This document shows positions 42,649 to 56,900 of a stretch of DNA of 64,000 bases, piece after piece. The notes under the pieces were generated by a model that worked only from the letters and a program-made list of their open reading frames with translations, was not told the origin of the DNA and made no database searches. The DNA is from the human T2T-CHM13v2.0 reference genome, Homo sapiens, in assembly GCA_009914755.4 (NCBI GenBank), contig CP068257.2:41760001-41824000 (forward strand). Reading direction: 5' to 3'. The translations under genes were made by a program, and so were the position numbers. Positions within the stretch are counted from its first letter, which is position 1. Each line of letters begins with the position of its first letter.

Positions 42649-44679
42649 GCACCAACTCTCAGCCACGCTGTCGCAGACAGCGGGGCCCCTGCTTGCTGCT
42701 GGATGTCACCTCCCAGCCCTGAGAGGCTGGGGATGGGAGCCGGCAGCACTCCTTTGCACAGAGCACCGCAGGAAGCACTGGAATCCGGAAAGAGAGAGGG
42801 TGCCGTGAGCAGACTTCCCGGCAGGCGTCAACCTCCTGTGTGGTCAGGAGTGCAGGCGCTGGGGCCGGAACCCTGGGCACTCGACCACAACCGCCTGGGC
42901 AACGTGGCCAAGTGGGCGCGTGTCCTGGGGCTCTTGCAACAAGCCAGGTGGCCTCAACAACAGATACTGATTCCCTTACAGCTCTGGGGACCAGAAGCCC
43001 CAAATTAAGCTGTGGGCAGGGCTGCACTCCCTCCAGAGGCGCTAGAGGGGGATCTTCCTTGTCTCTGGCAGCTTCTGGTGGCCCAGGCGTTCCTTGGCTT
43101 GTGGCTGCCTCCCTCCAGTCCCTGCCTGGCCCTCCCACGGCCTCGGCCCCTCTCCATGTGGCTCTCCCTGGGTTTTCTCTTCTCTTCATGAAGGCGCTTG
43201 TCCTTCACACCAGGCGCTGTGGTCCAGCCTGACAGCCCAGGACGATCACGCTGCCAGGTCTTGACCTGATTATATCTGCAAAGACCCTTTTTTCAAATAA
43301 GGTCATCTTTACAGGTTCTGGGACACAGACAGATCTTTCTGTGGGGACACCATTCAACAAAGAGGGGAAGCCACAGCCAGACCCCCCTCCGCTCAAAGGC
43401 TTGCTGTTTCCTATGTTGCCCGCCACACTCCGTGTCTATAGAGCTGGGACAGTGGCAGTGCCCACCTCAGAGGTCACCGTGCAGATTAAATTCATCCCTA
43501 GACACGAAGTGCTGGGTGCAGGCACAGAGAACTGGAAGGAAAGGTTTCCTGTGACCGTGTGCTCCTTCTGCCCTCGGCTCGGGGTCTCTGCTGTGCTCGG
43601 CGTGGGTGGTGATGAGGATGTCACTGGGTGCACAGCTGGCCCCGCAAGCTGCCCGGACCCCAGGCCTCCCCTCTTTCCAGCCAGGATGTTGTGTGCTCAC
43701 AGCCTCTCAGGGCCACAGGTGCAGTGACTGCTGCTGCTGTGTGCTTATTTGCTGCAGAGACTCCACTGGGGCCAGGCTGAGCAGGACTCCCCAGACATAT
43801 CCAGAGGTCCTTCGAGAGGGCCGCATGGCAGGCACAGGGTTGAGGGGCCTGGTGGCATGGCCACGGCTCACCTGGGAGCGCAGGTGGGAAGCCCCCACAC
43901 CTAGCAGAGTGCAGCTCCTTCCCGCACAGCCACCTGCGCTCCTTGGCCTGACCCCGTAGGGCTCTCAATAAGAAACGGGGGCTTCCCCTCCTCCAGTCTC
44001 ACCCTCAGTCTCCACGTTGTCTCCACCTAGCACCTCCTCCTCTGATGCGTCACAGTCACAGGTCCTGGTGAGGAGGGAGCCACGCCAAGCACAGCGGCTG
44101 GAACAGGGGCAAGTGGGTGCCCACCCCGAAGTGCAGGCAATGAACTTGTGCTGTAGCCCATGGTGAGCTGTGGGGCTGTTTGTGACTGCAGCGTAGCCAA
44201 GCCCATCCCGCCTGATGCGGCCTCTTCATCCAGAGTGGGGGTGACGTGCCAGCCCCCACCTCACCGGAATGCTGGGAGGAGCGTCTCCACGGAAGGAGCT
44301 CACTTTGTCAGCTGTAATGTGCTGTGACTATCGTGTGAGTTCCCGGGTCACTGTAACAAGTCCCACAGCCTGGGGGCTTCAACAGAGAGAGCCTGAATGG
44401 CTCTCTCACCATTCAGGAGGTGGAATCCAGGGTCAGGGTGCGGCTCCGCTGGCTCCTGAGGCCTCTCTCCTTGGCTCTGTCTCCTGCTACTGTCCTCACA
44501 AGGCCATCCCTCTGTGTGGGTCTGTGTCCTCATCTCCTCTCCGTATAAGGACACCAGGCAGATTGGGCCAGGGCCACCCCACCAGCCTCATGTTACCTTA
44601 ACCACCTCTGTGAGGACCCCATCTCCAAGTAAGGTCCCTTGCGGAGGCATTGGGGCTTAGGGCTGCAGCATACAGATCT

Positions 44680-44945
44680 GGGGGAGACACACGGCCCCTA
44701 ACAGTATCAAGGGTGGGTGGGCCCTCATAGGATAGGACAGCCGCCCAGTGGGGAGACACGTGGCCCCTAACAGTATCGAGGGTGGGTGGACCCCCATAGG
44801 ATAGGACAGCCGCCCAGGGGGGAGACACGTGGCTCATAACAGTATTGAGGGTGGGTAGAGCCCGATAGGATAGGACAGCCTCCGGGGGAGACACGCGGCC
44901 CATGACAGTCTCGAGGGTGGGTGGACCCCCACAGGACAGCCGCCG
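44680..44945. repeat. About 67-bp minisatellite x4 (gggagacacgtggcccctaacagtatcgagggtgggtggacccccataggataggacagccgcccag)
   Basis: Copies begin at about 44684, 44751, 44818 and 44884, with 85-90% inter-copy identity. The unit resembles part of an L1MA/MB 3'-end motif (cagatctgggg...agggtgggccc...). It makes the periodic ORF 44598..44903 (-). Confidence 0.85.
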
Positions 44946-47900
44946 GACATTTCCTCCTCTGCTAGTCTGAAAATCACACTGTCTTAGGCAGACAGGGAAG
45001 AATCAACATTTCCATGCCAGGCAGAGGCCCCCGGAGCGCAAAGGACCAGAGGATCAAAGAGCAAACGTCACCCTCAGGGTCTAACGTGCAGGTGGCAGGA
45101 CCCCGGCCCTTCCTGTGTATCTGATTGTGGGTTTTGTCTCTGCCACGTGCAGGGATGGGTGCAGACTCCGTCCAAGGTCTTGGCAGGAAGAGAAAACTGC
45201 CACTGCAGAGGGGCTGGCTGAGGGGCTGGGATGGGGTCCCCGGGGCGCGGAGCTGCACACCAGCCCCTCGCACCTAGGCAGAAGGTCCATTGCCCTCTGC
45301 CCCGCAGCCTGCCCGTTCCCAGGCCAGCGAGGGCGCTCCCAGGCCGGTCTGCAGCCAGAACACAGCCCGTTCCATGTGCTTGTCCTCGGGACACATTAGG
45401 AATGAACCCAGGCCTCAGTCCTGGCCTCCTCCTCAAGGCTGGGTGCTCAGACGTCCCCCTCAGCCCCTTTCTCTAGACCTTCCGGCTGAACAAACGAGAA
45501 CATCTCACAGCCCTGCAACAGCCAGGAGCTGCTCGTGGAGCTCCACGCCCGGCTGGAGAGAGAGGAGGCACCCTGGGCAGCCCGCCAGCACCCAGGCTCT
45601 CACAGTGGAAGCCCACGTCTTCTTGGGCTCTATTTTGAAAGCTGTTCTTTCCACGACGGCTTTGACAAGAATCGATTTGAGTGAGCCGGCGTGTCAATAC
45701 AGGCCAGCACAGGACTGGCCTCAGGGCCACATTGGGGAGGGTGGCGACCAGGCCCTGGCTGCAGCCCACGTGGGCAAAAGCATGGCCAGGCAGGAGGTGG
45801 GGCCTGTGAGCTTGGCTACAGCGACCGTGGGCGCTGGGCCCGGGGCTCCTCAGCCCTGAGGGGAGACCCAGGCCCAGGCAGGCTCCCAGGCGGGCTCCCG
45901 GGCTCCCAGCCTTCCGATCTTCTCCCTTTGAGACCTTGCCTTCTGCACAGTGACAGGAAAGAGCCCTGAGTCCCACTTTGCAGGGATGTATTGCATTTCC
46001 AGAAAGTTCCTTCCGGGTGCAGAGTGATACATGAACCCTGGGGACTCACTCCAACTTGGTATTGATTTTCTCCACGGAGGACCCAGCAGTCACGGCCCGT
46101 GTCTGCACAGCCCCTTGGATCCTGCGGAGGAATTCAGCCGGCCCCTCCCCCTGTGCCGAAAACCACGGAGGCAAAGCCAGGCCAGGTTCAGGTTCCACGC
46201 AAAGCGCCCTCCTGTAGCCAAGCCCAGCCCCATGAGGTCAGGAGGCCTGGGTGGGGTCCCAGGTGGGGAGGCCGCCTGTGTGGGGTCCCAGGTGGGGAGG
46301 CTGCCTGTGTGGGGGCTCCCGCCAGCGCCCCTCCCCGCTCATGGAGGCACAGGGACAGCCATGTGTGCCCGCAGGACGCCTGGCTCTGCCCACTCGCCCC
46401 CACAGCATGCTGAGGAGCTCGGGCTTTGCTTTCTAGGGTACAGTGAGAACACGGGAGAGGACTGAGAGACCGCTGGCTGCCGAGGGAGGAAGAGCAGGAT
46501 TCGCACCCCCGTCATCGCTGGGCCCACACGCTGCCGACAGCTTCCGCGTGTGGCCATCTGTCTTTCAGAAACCCTCTGGCAGAGGGACCCAGCAGATGAC
46601 ACGGGGGCCGTTCACACTCTGAAACCTGCCTGGAGTCAAAACACTGCTGGCGAGCCTCCACCGCAAACCCAATCCAGATGGTCTTCCCTGGTGGCCCTCG
46701 GGGTGGCGGGCACCCTGCCCACTCCCTGCCAGCCCCTGCCCGCTGGACTCCAGGCCCGGCCGAGCCCCCGACCGGTCTCCTGACCCAGCATGCTGCTCTC
46801 CCCTGGGCCCGGCTTTCTCGCCCGCTGGGACTCCCAGGCCCCTCCAGCCCAGCCCCGAGAGCAGGAGCCCCAAGGGAGGCTTGGCGGCTGTGGAGGCGAG
46901 TGGGCCACGTGTAGCTGGGAGGCCGGCAGGACCAGGAGCCCCTCACAGCGCAGCACCCACAGCATCACGAGCCACTTCCACTCCTGGGTGGCCTGGGGGC
47001 CCCCACCCTGCTCTGAGCTGCCCCTTGTTGTGACCTGGGGTCCCCCGTGGTGGGCCCGCCCCTTGCGCCTGGGATCCAGCCTCAGCGAGGCTCCAGAAGT
47101 GTCGTCTCCGCCGGCCAGGCGTCAGCGCCTCCACCCAGGATCACACACTCCTATCTCTGCACTTCTGCCCTCCATCCTGCTCCACGCCGCCTCTGCTTGT
47201 TATTCCAGCACATTCCAGGGTGATGCCTGCTGAAGCCACGCAGCCAGTGCCTCCACCCTACCCCCCATCTGACCCACCGGCCCCTTCCGCACGCTGGAAG
47301 CCTGCCCGGCCTGAAGTGTCCTCACCTGTCGCCCTATCCTCCCCTCCACTCCAGCCCACCGGTGACTCAGCCCTCACAGCTCTCTCCTCCCCGAGGGAGC
47401 CGGTGACTTGGCTCTGATGGTGCCGGGACCCAGCCCCGGCATGTTCAGAATCCTTGTCCTTTAACCTGCGTCCACATGTAGTCGCCTCCACCTCCCTGCC
47501 TGAACCTCCAGGCCCTGCAGAGCAAACACTGCTGCCTGCAGGAGACCCCTGGGGCCTTCTCCGTCCCCTCATCCTCCTAAGGAGCCTCCCCTGCCACCGT
47601 GCCAGAATGTGCCGGAGGAACAGAGGCCCGAGCCTCCCGTGGCCCCAGCGAGGCTTCCTCTGGGGAAGACAGTGAGCCCAACGCCCTGGCTCTCGAGGGG
47701 TGGACGGAGTCCAGCTGGCATCGACCGGGTGCCCCTCTTCACCGGTGTCCACAGTCCTTGAGAGCAAAGGTGGTCCCAGCAGTGGAGCAGAGGGCAAGGG
47801 TGGGGCATGTAGAGTCTCCAGGGAGCCACTGTTGGTTAGAGAGGGAGCCCGAAGTGGGCTCCGGACCCCAGCAGGGACAGCGTCCCCTTCCAGCGGGGGC

Positions 47901-50900
47901 AGCCGATTGATCTGGGCACACGAGCAGGAGGAGCGGCGCCACCCAGGGCTGACCTCACGGCCCTGCTCACGTCTCGGGGCATTTTGGCAGACCCACCTAG
48001 ACCTGGGGGACAGCCTGATTTCCTGCAGCCATGACCTACAAGGGTGGCAGCTCTCTCAGGCTTGAGTAACCAGGACACAGACCTGGGCCATTTAATGCGC
48101 AGGCAGCCCCAAGTCCCGGCAGGGCCAGAAGCAGAGACGGCGGCTGGGGATGAAAGTGCACGCTGGTCCCAGATGGGGCTGGGGGTGAAAGCTGCATGCT
48201 GATCCCTGGGCCCCCTCACTCTATGAGCTCCTGAAAGGAGGGAAGCCCCCACACCCTACTGAGTGGAGTGCTCCTTGGCCTGGGACCCCGTCCAGTGTCT
48301 GCTGCTGTGGGGGCGGGCTCTGGGCAGAGAGAGGCCAGACAGGCACCCAGGAAAGCTGGAACACATCCCTCCTGCTTCCCCCAGGGTTCCCAGAGGCGAC
48401 TTCCCTCCTGCACAGGCATTTGTCATCCTTACCCTCTAGGACAGCTTTGCCATGTGCAGTGAACCCCTGGACAGTGTTGCGTGCCACTTTGCCGGATTTG
48501 GACTGTATACAGACCGAAGCATGTGGCATGAAGCCTTCTGCTGTCAGCAAGTTCCTTGTCCCTCGACAGTATGTGCCCAGGCTGCCCTTCAAGGTGGCAG
48601 TGATGGCAGTTGTCTCTTGCACGCTGCGTACAGTTCTGTCACTGACTCTTACACACAGCCCTGGAGACGGGAGAGTGCCGGGAGCATTCTATGCAAGTGT
48701 CCTGGCCTTTGCGGGCGTCTCCACAGCACAAACACGAGTCAGGGACCACCCCTCTTCTGCTTCCATGATTCCACCAACTGGGTGGGGCAGAGCAGTGCCA
48801 GGGCCGGAGGCACGCCCCAGGTGAGGGCAGGTGGCCATGCCAGTGAGTGCACTGCGTTCTCAGTTAATTCATCCGAAATATTTCTAAGTTTCTTGATTAT
48901 TGCAGTTGCATCCCCAAGATAATGCCGCCCTCACCAAGTAGAAGGCACATGTGCTCTGATGGCCCCTCCCACACTGGGGTCAGGGCACAGCAACTTAGCG
49001 AGGCGACGTGGGGGCTCAGAGGACCTCGGACCAGGCTCGGCACATGGGGCTTCTCCAGCCAGCCAGGGGGAAGCACCCTGCAGACTGCTAACTTTTGCAA
49101 AATAGAGTAAAAAAGATCAGCTAGAAAAATAAAACAAAAAAGGAAAGATATACAAAATACAAGGCCATTTATATTGTTGCATTTAACAGTCATCAACTCA
49201 CTCCGTCTGAGGGGCGTTGGCATCTGTGGACACACTCAGTGCCGAGGTTTGTCCCACTGCGGGCAGGCACAAGCGGCTTCCTGGGGGCTGGCCCTCGCCT
49301 GCTCTGCGTGGCTGTGCTGCATGGGACACTGAGGCACCCGTCGGCTGCTCACTGCCTGGCTGCATCTGTGAGGGAGGAAACGAGCTGGGTACCAGCTCAG
49401 CCTCTGAAGACCCCACGGGTGCCCTAAGCTGTGATGTCTGTCCCCAAAGTTCATTTTGGGTGGGAGTGCTGGGGGTGCAGGGACAGAGGGTTCCAGCTCA
49501 CCCAGGGCCAGCCCTGACCAGACGGCAGGAACCAGGGTCTGCGGCTGGATGCAGACGGCAGGCAGATCATTCTGGGGAAATCCCTTTCTTAAACCACATA
49601 CTGTCCTGGGCTGAGCAGGCCCCCCTAAAAACTCATGTCAACTCAGAACCTCAGAATGTGACCTTATTTGGAAATAGGGTCTTTGCTGATGTAATCAAGT
49701 TAGGGTGAGCTCACACTGGAGTATGGTGGGCCCTCATCCAATGACGGCATCCTTGTAAGAAGAGGGAAGTCAGCCCCACAGATGCAGGGAGGACAGCCAC
49801 GTTTCAATGGAGGCAGAGACTGGAGCCACACAGCTGCACGCAGAGGGACGCCCGGGGTCACCAGGAGCTGGAAGAGGCAGGGAGGACCCTCTCCTCGGGC
49901 CTCCAGAGTGGGCAGGGGCCTGAGGATGCCCTGATCCCCAATTCCAGTCTCTAGAGCTGTGAGAGGCTCAGCATCTTAGCTCCCCAGCGTGTGGCCTCTG
50001 TCAGGGCAGCCTTGGGAGCTGAGCCTGGCCCCTAACTCTCAGGAGCTCTCCCACAGACGGGGTTCTGCATCTCCCGAGCACGTCCGAAGCCCCCTTTCCA
50101 CAAGGGCCACTGCTCGCCAGGCTGACGGTGACCGCCACTTCCCTAGGGACCCACCTTCTGTTCCCAAAGGCCCTGCCTGACACCTGGCCACTCAGCCCCA
50201 CCCCGCCTAGCCTGCACGCCCCACATGTCCACGGGGTCTTCTCTGAACGGGCCTGGCCTTTCGGTGGGGAGGCGAGGACTCCATTTGAGGGCTGGCCCCT
50301 GATTGCTCCAGCATTTCAGTGACATTGTGCCCCAGGCCGAGGGAAGACTCTGGAAAAACTTCCCACCAAACTCCTCTTCTGCAGAGTTGAGCTGACAGGA
50401 AGTCTGTAACTTTCCTGCAAAACGTTATTCTACCCCCGCCAGGTGAGCTGAGATGGCAAAGGCTGACGACAAGGGTCCCGGGAGTCCCCACAGCTATGGG
50501 GGAGGGTAACTGGCCCCCCCCCACCCTGTGGGGAATAGCAGCAAAGCTTCACACAACCCCCAGGGCCAGTGTCTGCTGCTGAGCGCAGGTCCCACCAGAG
50601 CCAGCACGAAAGCCATAGAAAGACAACCTGAAGTCACCAGTGTCCCTCGGCAGAAGGAACAACCCGTGGTGTCTCCCGCTCCCTCCCTGCACAGCCATGA
50701 AAAGAAAGGGCCTGTGTACTCTAACAGCAGGGAGAACACAGTCCCCAAGACCCCCACAGGCTGGGAAGTCAGAGATCACAGGAGAGGTCACCTCTGGGGG
50801 TCATGACTCGGGGGAGTCCCTGGGGGGGACCAGGGGTTCTCTGTGGTTCTGGCGTGCTCTTGGAGGGACTCACTGACACGCACGGCGGTTACACGGGCGC

Positions 50901-53900
50901 AGACACGCAAAGACCTGAGCACGAGATAAGATTTGTGTCTTTCGTGGTACGTCAGCTTTACCCCATTTTTAAAGACTTTCAAAAATGTTATTCTGGGCAT
51001 ATGCTTTGAACAGATTGTAACCCCACCCCAGAAGGAGGACCTTGGATGTGGAGCTGGCAAGCTGGAGCCGCCCAGGGCTGTCCGTCTCCCTGTGGCTTCT
51101 TCTCCAGGAGGCTCCCGGGAGCAAAGCCGAGTCGGCAAGGCCATCCGCCCGCTGAGCAGGTGTTGGCTGCCTGGGTGGCACTTCCTGTGCTGAGGCTCAG
51201 GGCTCTGAGCCCTCATGGCACATAAGGTCTTGAGGACAGTGACCACACAGCCCAATCGGCCGGGCAGGTGGACTTAGGAGGGAGAGCCGGAGGCTGCAGA
51301 GTGTGCTCCGAGGTACCCTCCGCCTGGGACTGTAAGAACAAAGAAGGCTCTGGGGTAAGGTGACAGGGACAACTCCAGCAGAGAAGCGGAGGGAGGGGTG
51401 GAGACAGCACGAGATGACCGGAGACCACATGTTGGGTAGTGCCGGCGGGGGGAACTATGGGAAAGGGATTGGGCCTGGCATGAAGACCCCCAGCCCAGCC
51501 CCGTGGGGGTCCTAGCAACCCCAGAAGTCCTGCTAAGACCCTGGCACAGACCCCACTTCCCTGAGACTCAGCTTCCCCATCTTTAAAGTGAAGCCTGGCG
51601 CCTGCCTGTGAGTGCGCTGAAAATCAGATGATGGCAGCCACAGAGGCGCTCAGCACAGCGCCCAGCGCAGGGCCGGGACCCAGAGTGGACTCTACCGTGG
51701 GGCTGCCTCAAAGAAATCTCAGCAAACACAGGAAGCCAGCCCACCCGTGCAGCCATGGGGCCAGGAAGCCCGCCCTTTACCAAGTCATTTGGGCATTTTT
51801 TCTCTGTGCTAACAGCCCAGATGGAGCCATAGCCTCAACCTCTGTGTTCTGATAACACCAAGCTGGGACGCCGGAGCCATGCAGGGGACAGTGCCCGGCC
51901 TGAGGCTGCAGCCTGGGTCTGGATGCCTTTCTAATTCAGGGCCTCCTCATGGCCTGGTTCCATAAATGGTCAAATGCAGCCTGACAGCGCAGCCTCCTAT
52001 CAGCGCTGGGCTCCGTACCGCCACACAGCCCACATACCCCGTTCCCCAGGAGACGCCCGCAGGTGGGCAGCGTCACTCCCACCCGCCGAGCACACGCTGT
52101 CCCCGTCTCGTGTCCCGAGGAGCCGGAAGCAGCTGCTTCCTCCCAGCCTGAAAGCTGCACCTCGGGCTGCACTCGGCTCCCCGAACCCGCCCTCCGCTGC
52201 CCTGCAATTCGCCAAGGGAGCTACCCTTCCCATATAAAAATTTCACCTCCATTTCCTTGTAGAGAAGAAACATTTCTGACAGCAAGGAAGATTCTAATTT
52301 GAAAAGCAAGTGATTCATCTCCCGGTGCCAAACAGCAGACGCAGGCGTTACCAGTCTGGGTGGGGCGCCCGAGCTGGGGACCTGGGGTCCTCTGGGAGGG
52401 GCAAGAAGGCAGCGATGCTGGCCCCCGCCTCCATCTGCCCATCCCATCTGCTTCCACACACCGCCCTGCCGTAGCTGCTTGCAGCCCTTCTCTGTCAGTT
52501 TCTCCATCTTTTGGTTTGGTGATAAATGAGAGTTCCCATCGGGTGTGCCACCCTCTGTGTGACGGGGAGCAGAGAAGACCCTGCGTCCAAGTCCTCCTGG
52601 GGGAAGAGCGAAGATGCTGGGACCAGCCCCAGCTGTCAGGGGGTCTCCAATCCCAGCAGGGAGGCCCCACGCATGGCTAGGATGCCCCAGACCCCAGGAA
52701 CTGAAGGAAGTGGAAAGGAGGGCCCGCAGTCCTAACTAAGGGTTCAGACACCCCCCCAGTGCACATCCAGGCACGCCCCCACCCCCTAGGCCTGGTTCTA
52801 GGTCTGCTAGCTCCGAGAAGGCCCCTAACAATGACGCAGTCAGAGGGGCTGCGCTGGGCTCACGCTCAGTCCCACTGCCCCAGGGGTAGATCCGGCCCCT
52901 GGCCCACGCGCTGTGGAGCCTTGGAGTGTCTGTGCGCCCCTTCCTTGGAGGGCAGCTGCTGAGGGGCTGCTGCGGGACCGGGGAGCCTCCTGGCAGCAAG
53001 CACTCCCAATGCGTTGCTGGGACGCTGTGATGGAGACAAGATCCTGGCTTTGAAGAAAGCCCTTTCCACCCTGTCCATGTGGGGGTCTCCCGGTGCCCCT
53101 GAGCCAGCGGCCCCCTCCTGCAGGCTCCGGAGGACTCCCCTGCCTGCATCTGGTCTCGCATTTCCTCCGTGACCTCCAAGCTCCCACTGGGGGCACACGG
53201 CTGCCCCGCTGACCCCAACTCTGACCCTGTGCCGGTGGTGGGCAGCATCTGGCATGGGGGAGGTACCATTTCTTCCACACTCGCGCGTCCTCAGCCCAGA
53301 TCATCCGGTGAAGTTTCCCCAGCAAGTGGCTCCCCCTGCCCCCTCCACCCTGCCAAGTGTGGTCCCTGGGCCCCCGACTTCCCTTCTCAGCCTCTGCCCC
53401 TGGGTCTGGGGCATGCATCCAGCCATCCACGCTCAGGGAGGCCACCTCCTCCCTCGCTCTCAACCACCACAAAGCTGCCCGGGACCTTGTTCTATCCTTT
53501 CCAAAAGTCCTCAGGACCTGCCTATCTACGGAGCTCCCAAAACGCCCTGTGAGCTCTCCTGGGCCCCTCCTCTCCTTGCTAATAATGTCCCACATGGTGC
53601 TGCCTGCCTGGCCCCAAAAGAAAAGGACCCTGGAGTGAGTTCTGAACACAAACTCGATGAAAGTGGCCCCCTGCTCCACCTGCCGAGTCAGCCCCTCCTC
53701 AGACTCTCCCCTTGGGCAGGGAAACCTGCCGAGGCCTGACTGTTTCTTCCTGAAACAGCCTCAGGCTGGAAGGAGAGGGATCCACCCTTGGCCATTGAAG
53801 CATTCAGCAGGAATCAGCCCTCAGGGACCGAGACCCTGCGACCAGCCCCGCCCCACAGGTGCCGGTCCTGGGCAGCCTCCCTTGCTTAGGCCACACTGCT

Positions 53901-56900
53901 CCCAAGAAGCCAGGATGAGCAGCTCGCAATAGGCCCCCAACACGCAGAGTGCCATGCAGAGGACGGGGGCACCCCAGAAAACTGCAGACACTGCATGTCC
54001 TCTGGGAGCCCCGGCCCTGGGAGACGATGTGCAGTGGCTCCAGCTCTGACCTCATGAGCCCAAGCTCCGCTACACACTGGGTCCTGACCTGACCTGGGTC
54101 CCGGCGGCTCTCCGGCCAGGCCTCTCCCGGTGCCTCCCGCCCCTGAGGCCGGCACCCAGCATCCAGGCCCCTGTATAGTCATCCCCTCTTCAGGAATCTG
54201 GGTCATGGCTGCAGGATAGGGGCTACCCAGAGCAGGATGTGGAGGGAGGGGCCGCAAAAGCCGGAGAGAATCCACAAGGCACTATTTAGCCACCTGCCCT
54301 TGATTCTAATTCTCAGTGACGAGATTCTTTGCTTGGCCAAACTCTATCAGGCCCTTGAGCCTTCTAGGCCACCTGCACACTTCCTTGCAAAATCCGGTTT
54401 TAGCAAGAACACTGCTAAGTGACTTCAGCCAGAACTGCCCCGCCCCGTATCTGATCATCCTCGTCAGGGCAGCATGCTCGTCCTCCGGCACCCAGGTGAT
54501 GACGGATGACCCCGCCTCCCTTCAGCCAGAACCCTCCCACCCCTGCTGTTTGTTCTTAGTGATGTTCCATCCGAGGACCCCACTCTGCTCCTGGGCTATC
54601 AAATCCCACTCGCTGGAGCCATATTCAGAGTGGAGCCTAAATCTCTCTCCACCACTGCAAAATCCCACTGCCCTGGTCCCAGCACCCACCGCACTGGTCC
54701 TGAGTAGTCCCCTTCCGGTCTTTAGCAAAGATCATTGAATAAATTTCCTTTCATGTCAGGCACACCCTTAAATGCAGACGTGTGTCCTGGGAGGATTACC
54801 AACACTCCCCCGGCCCTGCACATCAGCTGTGGAAGGTGAGATTGGGAAGTGCTGGCCTCCTTGCCAAGGCTTCAGCCTCCATTTCTGCTTTTCAGGTCAT
54901 GTTCGAACACTGGGGGTCCCAGGAGACCCACCCAGACCAGGCCCCTCTCAGGGTGGGAAGAGCGTGGAGCAAGAGGAGGAGGCTCGGCCCAGGACGTTGG
55001 CCACAGGCTGACCCGTGCAGGGGGCAAGGGCTTAAGACGGCCCCATCTTCCACTCCAAGTGTGGTCTCAATCTTGTTGGCCAGTTTATGAAAGTCAAGCC
55101 TACTGACTCAGTCAGGGTCTTGGCAGGAAGGAGGCCAGGGCGCAGACAGAGATAGGGATCGCTCCAGGGGTGTGTGGCCCTGGGCTGTGGGGCAGTCCTG
55201 GAGCACCTCCACCCCAGCCTGCAGAACACCCAGGCGGAGCAGGAGCAGAGCTGGGCTGTGTAGGGGTTAGGGGACACGGCCAGCCCGCAACCCCAGCTCC
55301 CCTCCATCTGCCTCCAGTTTCCAGCCAGGGCCCCCTCTGCCAAACCTGGCCCGAGGCAGGGGCCAGGGCTCTGTCTACTGGGGCCACAGGGAGGGTGGGG
55401 AGGGGGCCGGAGCTCCCAGGGCAAGGGGAGGGGCCACCCCCACCCCGTCACGCGCATGGAGGAGGAGGAGGAGCCCACACTGCCCCAGCGTCCACCCCAC
55501 GCCTACACCAGCCCCACATGAGCTCGGGGGTCTCTGGGGGTCAGTGTCTGCAGCTACAGATGTGAGCACGCATGCGGGTGTGCAGGACCTTTGACCGCAG
55601 CCTCCCATGCACCCCTGGAAAGGTGCCTTGCCTCTCTCCCTCACTCGCCATGTGCAGGGCAGTGGGCGAGTCCCAGCCAGCATGGGCATCCCGCATTTCT
55701 CTGCTTCTGCAGCCCTGACTGACCATGGCCCCCCAAGTGGGCTCCAGCCCTCCAGGCACCTCCCCGTGCCGTGGTGCCCACCACAGGGCCTGGTCTCAGG
55801 GCTCCTCCAGGACTGGCCAAGTCCCCAGGCTCCTCCCCCACCCATGGGGGGAGAGGTGCACAGCACTGACGGGCCCCTGGGCCACTCATCTGAACTCTTG
55901 AGTCCTCCTAGAGCGGTGATCCCAGCCGGGCAGTTAGCTTGAGCGAGCCGAGTACTTACAGGATGTCACCAAACACAAGGTCCCAGCCCACATTCCATGA
56001 CCTCAGCACTGCTCACGACGTCCTCCTGAGTCCATGAACTTCTTGACGGTTCTCATGGCCTCCTCCTGTGGACAGGGCAGGGCCGGCAGGTGAGGCACCT
56101 GCACGCACACCTAGCTCGACTCCCCAGGCCCACCCTGCAGACCCTCGGCCCTCTCCCTTCTTCCCACCCACCACTCTGGAGACGGGGCCTCCGGTCCTGG
56201 CCGCCCCTGTGGAAGAATGAGGGTGAGCGAGGGGCTGGGTCAGCAGCACGGCAGTGGGGGAGCCACCCAGCCTCCTGGAGGAAGCGGCCGGGCAGCGCTG
56301 GCACCGTTCCACATCCCTGCTGGAGCAATGGGGCCAGCGTGGCCGCCCCACCCAGTCAGTGGTCCCCACCTGGCTGAGAGTCCCCAGGAGGCAGCACCCT
56401 CTTCCTGGGAAGTCAGGCAGGGTTCTATGCAGGAGCCGACACTCACAGGGCTACCACAGGCCTGTGCGGACCCCAAGAGCCAGGAAGCCGCCTGCCGATG
56501 GTCCCTCTTAGGGACTGGATCGCGGGCAGCTCAGACGGCACAGAGTGCTTCCGGGTCGCAGTGTCCTCATGTTGCGGAGGCCTGAGCTCCCTGGAGGAAA
56601 AGCAACACCTTCCAAGCCATGCGGCGGAACGCTGGTGAGGCTCAAAGCCCTGGAGGTGACAGCCCCCAGACAGAGGCGTGGACCGTGTTTCCCTGTCGGC
56701 CCCTCCTCCAACCCCTCCACCAACCGCTCCGCCAGTGGCAGGTTTCCCACCTGTCTCCCAGCCCCCTGGAACTCTCCCCGGGCCTGCCTCTGGCTGTTTG
56801 CTGGGCCCCCCGTGGGAGCAGCACAGCGGCTGAGTGCCTGGGCGTGGCCCTACTGCCTGTGGGTTTCCAACGGGAATTTAGAGTCTGAAGGCTGAGGACC

